Shown here: positions 60,498 to 64,000 of the stretch, piece after piece | Layout of the letters: each line of letters starts with the position of its first letter | Position numbering within the stretch: the first letter of the stretch is position 1 | NCBI GenBank assembly: GCA_965249485.1 | Contig: OZ252239.1 | Span: 1,248,001 to 1,312,000 of the forward strand | DNA from: a bacterium | GTDB taxonomy: Bacteria; SM23-31 | DNA: 64,000 bases | Reading direction: 5' to 3' | Position numbers and translations under genes: made by a program | The notes under the pieces: generated by a model | Seen by the model: only the letters and a program-made list of their open reading frames with translations | Told to the model about the DNA's origin: nothing | The model's database searches: none

Positions 60498-61554
60498 TTC
60501 AGACCCTTACACAAGGGAAAATATTAATATTTTCCAGATTGGTTACGGATACTGGGGACCGAATCTTACGCGCAATTTATCAAGCGTGTCTGAGGTCAGT
60601 ATATCCGCGCTTGGCGAAGTCGAACAAAAGAATATAGACCGGTTCAAAGCAGCCTATCCAGAGGCACACATCTATAATGATTATCGGGAAGGGTTAAAAA
60701 GAGACGATATTCATGCTGTGGTTGTTACAACACCGGCAGCGCAGCATTATGAGATGACACGTGCTGCACTTGAACATGGGAAACATGTCTTGGTAGAAAA
60801 ACCGCTTGCGCTTACTTCAAAAGAAGGACATGAACTTGTAAATATAGCTAAGAGTAACAACCGTGTTCTCATGGTGGGTCATACATTTCTCTATAATTCA
60901 GCTGTCCGGAAAATTAAAGAGTATATCGATAGCGGAGAACTTGGAGATATTTACTATATTTACTCACATAGGCTCAATCTTGGAAAAATTCGACAGGATA
61001 TAAATTCTCTATGGAATTTCGCACCACATGATATATCGATTATATTGTATCTTCTCGAAAACAAACTTCCGGAAAGTGTCACTGCCCGTGGTTTTTCATA
61101 TATTCAAAACGATATAGAAGATGTTGTTTTCATGACTATGGAATTTCAAAATTCACTTTGTGCTCATGTTCATGTGAGCTGGATCGATCCGAATAAAGTC
61201 CGAAGTATGACAATTGTTGGCAGTAAGAAAATGATAGTTTATGATGACGTCTCGAACGACGCAAAAATAACAGTATATGACAAAGGCGTTGACAAGCAAT
61301 ATGGTAACAATGCGCTTAAAAATTTCGAAAATTATGGAGAATTTCAACTCCTTCTCCGCGCGGGAGATGTTGTCGTACCTCGTTTTGATTTTGTTGAACC
61401 GCTTAAAGAAGAGTGTAAACATTTTATCGAATGTATACGGAATGGAAAAAAACCTCTCACATCGGGTGAGCATGGTGTACATGTGATTAAAATATTGGAA
61501 TATGCCGGATATTCAATTAAGGATAATGGCACAGCAGTACATATAGACTGGTAA
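60490..61554 (+). CDS. Gfo/Idh/MocA-family oxidoreductase (nucleotide-sugar dehydrogenase-like)
   Basis: GYGYWGPNL, HVLVEKPLA, MVGHTFLY, RLNLG, APHDIS. Confidence 0.92.
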   Translation: MTNSDPYTRENINIFQIGYGYWGPNLTRNLSSVSEVSISALGEVEQKNIDRFKAAYPEAHIYNDYREGLKRDDIHAVVVTTPAAQHYEMTRAALEHGKHVLVEKPLALTSKEGHELVNIAKSNNRVLMVGHTFLYNSAVRKIKEYIDSGELGDIYYIYSHRLNLGKIRQDINSLWNFAPHDISIILYLLENKLPESVTARGFSYIQNDIEDVVFMTMEFQNSLCAHVHVSWIDPNKVRSMTIVGSKKMIVYDDVSNDAKITVYDKGVDKQYGNNALKNFENYGEFQLLLRAGDVVVPRFDFVEPLKEECKHFIECIRNGKKPLTSGEHGVHVIKILEYAGYSIKDNGTAVHIDW

Positions 61555-61581
61555 AATATTTCATTTTCTACGGATTGTAAA

Positions 61582-62145
61582 TTGGAAAAACCATATCTCG
61601 TTCACGATAAAGCGATTGTAGAATCTGATACCATTGGAAATGGTACACGAATCTGGGCATTTACGCATGTTTTAAAAGGTGCACGCATCGGAGATAATTG
61701 TAATATTGGTGAAGGATGTTTCATTGAATCTAATGTTATCATTGGAAGCAATGTAATTATTAAAAACAATATATCTGTATGGGATAGAATTTCCATAGAA
61801 GATGACTGTTTTTTAGGGCCAAATGTTGTGCTGACAAATGTTTCAAACCCTCGTGCCCGTTTTAAAAAAACACTAGATGATTTTGACTCTACATTTATCA
61901 AACGAGGTGTGACTATTGGTGCAAATGCTACGATTGTATGCGGGATAACGGTTGGTCCACATGCATTTATTGGTGCCGGGGCAGTTGTTACTCATGATAT
62001 TCCGGCATATGCATTGGCATTTGGTAATCCGGCCCGTATTCAGGGTTATATGTGCGAATGTGGTGTAAGAATTGATTTCAGTAGCACATGCACATGTGGC
62101 AATAAATACAAATATTCCGATCAGGAAGGCTGCCTGAAGATTTGA
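61582..62145 (+). CDS. Hexapeptide-repeat N-acetyltransferase (WbpD/WlbB-like)
   Basis: IGNGTRIWAF, IGDNCNIG, FLGPNVVLTNVSNPR, GANATIVCG, GNPARIQGYMCECG. Confidence 0.9.
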   Translation: MEKPYLVHDKAIVESDTIGNGTRIWAFTHVLKGARIGDNCNIGEGCFIESNVIIGSNVIIKNNISVWDRISIEDDCFLGPNVVLTNVSNPRARFKKTLDDFDSTFIKRGVTIGANATIVCGITVGPHAFIGAGAVVTHDIPAYALAFGNPARIQGYMCECGVRIDFSSTCTCGNKYKYSDQEGCLKI

Positions 62146-62211
62146 GTGTTGCAGCTTATGAGTAAACTTTTTCATTATCAAACAATTCAAAATCAGGTTA
62201 TGTGCAATTAA

Positions 62212-63342
62212 TTGGCTGTAATCTTATGGGCGAGATTAAAGTTGGAAATTCTCCATATACTATACGATGATGTCAAAAATCCCTGGTTAGGTGGCGGTGG
62301 AGCAGTTCGGGCCAGGGAAATTAATAAAATACTTGCTCAAAAGCACTCGGTAACAACAATAACTGGAAAATTTCCAGGTGCATGTACCGAATCGATGGAT
62401 AATATCAAATTTATACGAATTGGTTATGGTGCTCACTACTTATTGAGCCGTATAACGTATACACTGGCAGTTCCTTTTCAAATGTGGATACGTGAATACG
62501 ATTTGATTGTAAACGATTTTTCTGCTTTTTCTCCAGTCTTTTGCCATTTTTATACTAAAAAACCGATTGTTAATATATTTCATCACCGTTTAGGTATGCA
62601 AGCGATAAAAAAAAGGCCTATATTAGGTATTTTGTCCATTATATTTGAAAAGCTGTTTTTAAAAACTGCTTCCAACATGATCACTGTTTCGCCAAGCGTA
62701 ACGGAAGACATTAAGCGCAAGAATGATACTAGAAGAATAGAATGTATTTTTAATGGAGTAGACCAATCTCTATTTGCTATAGAACCCGAACCGGGCGAAT
62801 ATATTGGTTTTATTGGCAGGTTAGACATATACATGAAGGGTATCGATATTCTCCTAAAGGCGTTAAAAAAAGTAAAGAATTCAACTATCACATTGAAAAT
62901 TGCAGGTTCTGGGCCACAAAAAAATATTAAAAGCTTAGTTACTACCATAGAAAAATTGAAGCTTAAAGACAAAGTTACATTACTGGGCAAAATTTCTGAC
63001 GCAGAGAAGAGAGACTTTTTTAAGCGTTCTCTCTTTTTCGTAATGCCTTCTCGGTTTGAGGGGTGGGGTATTTCTGCTATTGAAGCGGCCGCATGCGGGA
63101 AACCGGTTATTGGGACAAATATTCCTGGATTAAAAGATGCAATCATTGATAAAAAGACTGGATTTTTAGTGGAATCTGAAAATAGCGATGAATTAGCAGT
63201 GGCGATTGATACATTACTGGAAAATGAAGAGCTTCGAAATGAATTAGGTCTCAATGGAAAAAAATGGGCGAAAAATTTTCAGTGGGAAGAGATTGCTGAA
63301 AAACAAGAGCAGTTCTATAAAGATACCGTTAATTTGTATTAA
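62212..63342 (+). CDS. GT4 glycosyltransferase
   Basis: NPWLGGGGAVR, FIGRLDIYMKG, PSRFEGWGISAIEAAACGKPV. Confidence 0.92.
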   Translation: MAVILWARLKLEILHILYDDVKNPWLGGGGAVRAREINKILAQKHSVTTITGKFPGACTESMDNIKFIRIGYGAHYLLSRITYTLAVPFQMWIREYDLIVNDFSAFSPVFCHFYTKKPIVNIFHHRLGMQAIKKRPILGILSIIFEKLFLKTASNMITVSPSVTEDIKRKNDTRRIECIFNGVDQSLFAIEPEPGEYIGFIGRLDIYMKGIDILLKALKKVKNSTITLKIAGSGPQKNIKSLVTTIEKLKLKDKVTLLGKISDAEKRDFFKRSLFFVMPSRFEGWGISAIEAAACGKPVIGTNIPGLKDAIIDKKTGFLVESENSDELAVAIDTLLENEELRNELGLNGKKWAKNFQWEEIAEKQEQFYKDTVNLY

Positions 63343-63408
63343 TATTATTTCACATACAATTGAAAATCTTATTTGTCATTGTAAACCTTAAAATAACGTG
63401 TAAGAATC

Positions 63409-64000
63409 ATGTACCAACATAAGAAAATAGCACTTGTAATTCCAGCTTATAATGAGTCAAAGCTCATCAAACCCACTCTTGAGAATGTGCCGGATATTAT
63501 TGACCGGGTATTTGTTGTTGACGATGCAAGTACAGATAATATGGCAGATGTTGTCAGAGAAAGAATGCAACATGATGACAGAATTAAGTTGATTCAGCAT
63601 GACAAAAATTCTGGTCCTGGTCAGGGCATAATTACTGGGTATAAAGCCTCGAGTCAACAGGGATATGACATCACGGTTGTAGTTGGTGGAGATTTCCAAA
63701 TGCCTCTGGATGAAATCGAATCCTTTTTGAAGCCGCTCATCGACAAGAAAGCAGATTACACTAAAGGTAACCGGTTTATGTTGAATGGTAATGCCTTTGA
63801 TGATATGCCGAAATTACGGCTCGTAGCCAACACAATGATTTCAATGCTAACCAAAATTGCATCCGGTCTTTATAAAATTTTTGATGTTGTTGACGGCTAT
63901 ACTGCTATTACAAAGCAAGCCATTGATTCAATAAATTGGGATAAAGCTTGGAAAAATTACGGCTATCCCATGGATTTCCTTATCAGGCTCAGCGCTCATG
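63409..64000 (+). CDS. GT2 glycosyltransferase, 3'-truncated by the window edge (not in the ORF track)
   Basis: My translation from ATG 63409: MYQHKKIALVIPAYNESKLI...VFVVDDASTD...ADYTKGNRF; no stop seen before 64000. Confidence 0.88.
   Translation, partial: MYQHKKIALVIPAYNESKLIKPTLENVPDIIDRVFVVDDASTDNMADVVRERMQHDDRIKLIQHDKNSGPGQGIITGYKASSQQGYDITVVVGGDFQMPLDEIESFLKPLIDKKADYTKGNRFMLNGNAFDDMPKLRLVANTMISMLTKIASGLYKIFDVVDGYTAITKQAIDSINWDKAWKNYGYPMDFLIRLSAH

Overview
Bacterial chromosomal segment with nearly all genes on the + strand. It most likely comes from a non-Bacteroidota member of the FCB superphylum (KSB1/Calditrichota/Marinisomatota/Latescibacterota-like). This is inferred from NYPNPFNP-type C-terminal sorting domains, a Bat operon, the gene order, and TTGACA-type sigma70 promoters. 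Contents in order: MoxR-DUF58-BatA-E operon with extra genes; yicC-gmk-coaBC-hydrolase; a DnaA-box cluster before udg-dnaB; a disrupted ~2,500-aa surface-protein gene on the - strand; two tandem long RelA/SpoT homologues (one hydrolase-dead, one hydrolase-intact); HU/IHF, ruvX, lnt, a PorV-like barrel, bamD, nadD, moaC, moeA; a repeat-flanked orphan disordered protein; a ~2,770-aa beta-helical surface protein with dockerin-like, cohesin-like and sorting domains plus a small cohesin-like partner; lipoate ligase, dxr, rseP; and the start of a nucleotide-sugar/glycosyltransferase cluster. Best leads: (1) the tandem RelA-like/SpoT-like pair, (2) the non-cellulosomal cohesin-dockerin surface system, whose upstream region shares perfect CRP-type boxes with the other giant surface gene, (3) the DnaA-box array, (4) the REP-flanked orphan. 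I recognised no tRNA, rRNA, CRISPR array or transposase. All calls are by eye from motifs; no searches were run.
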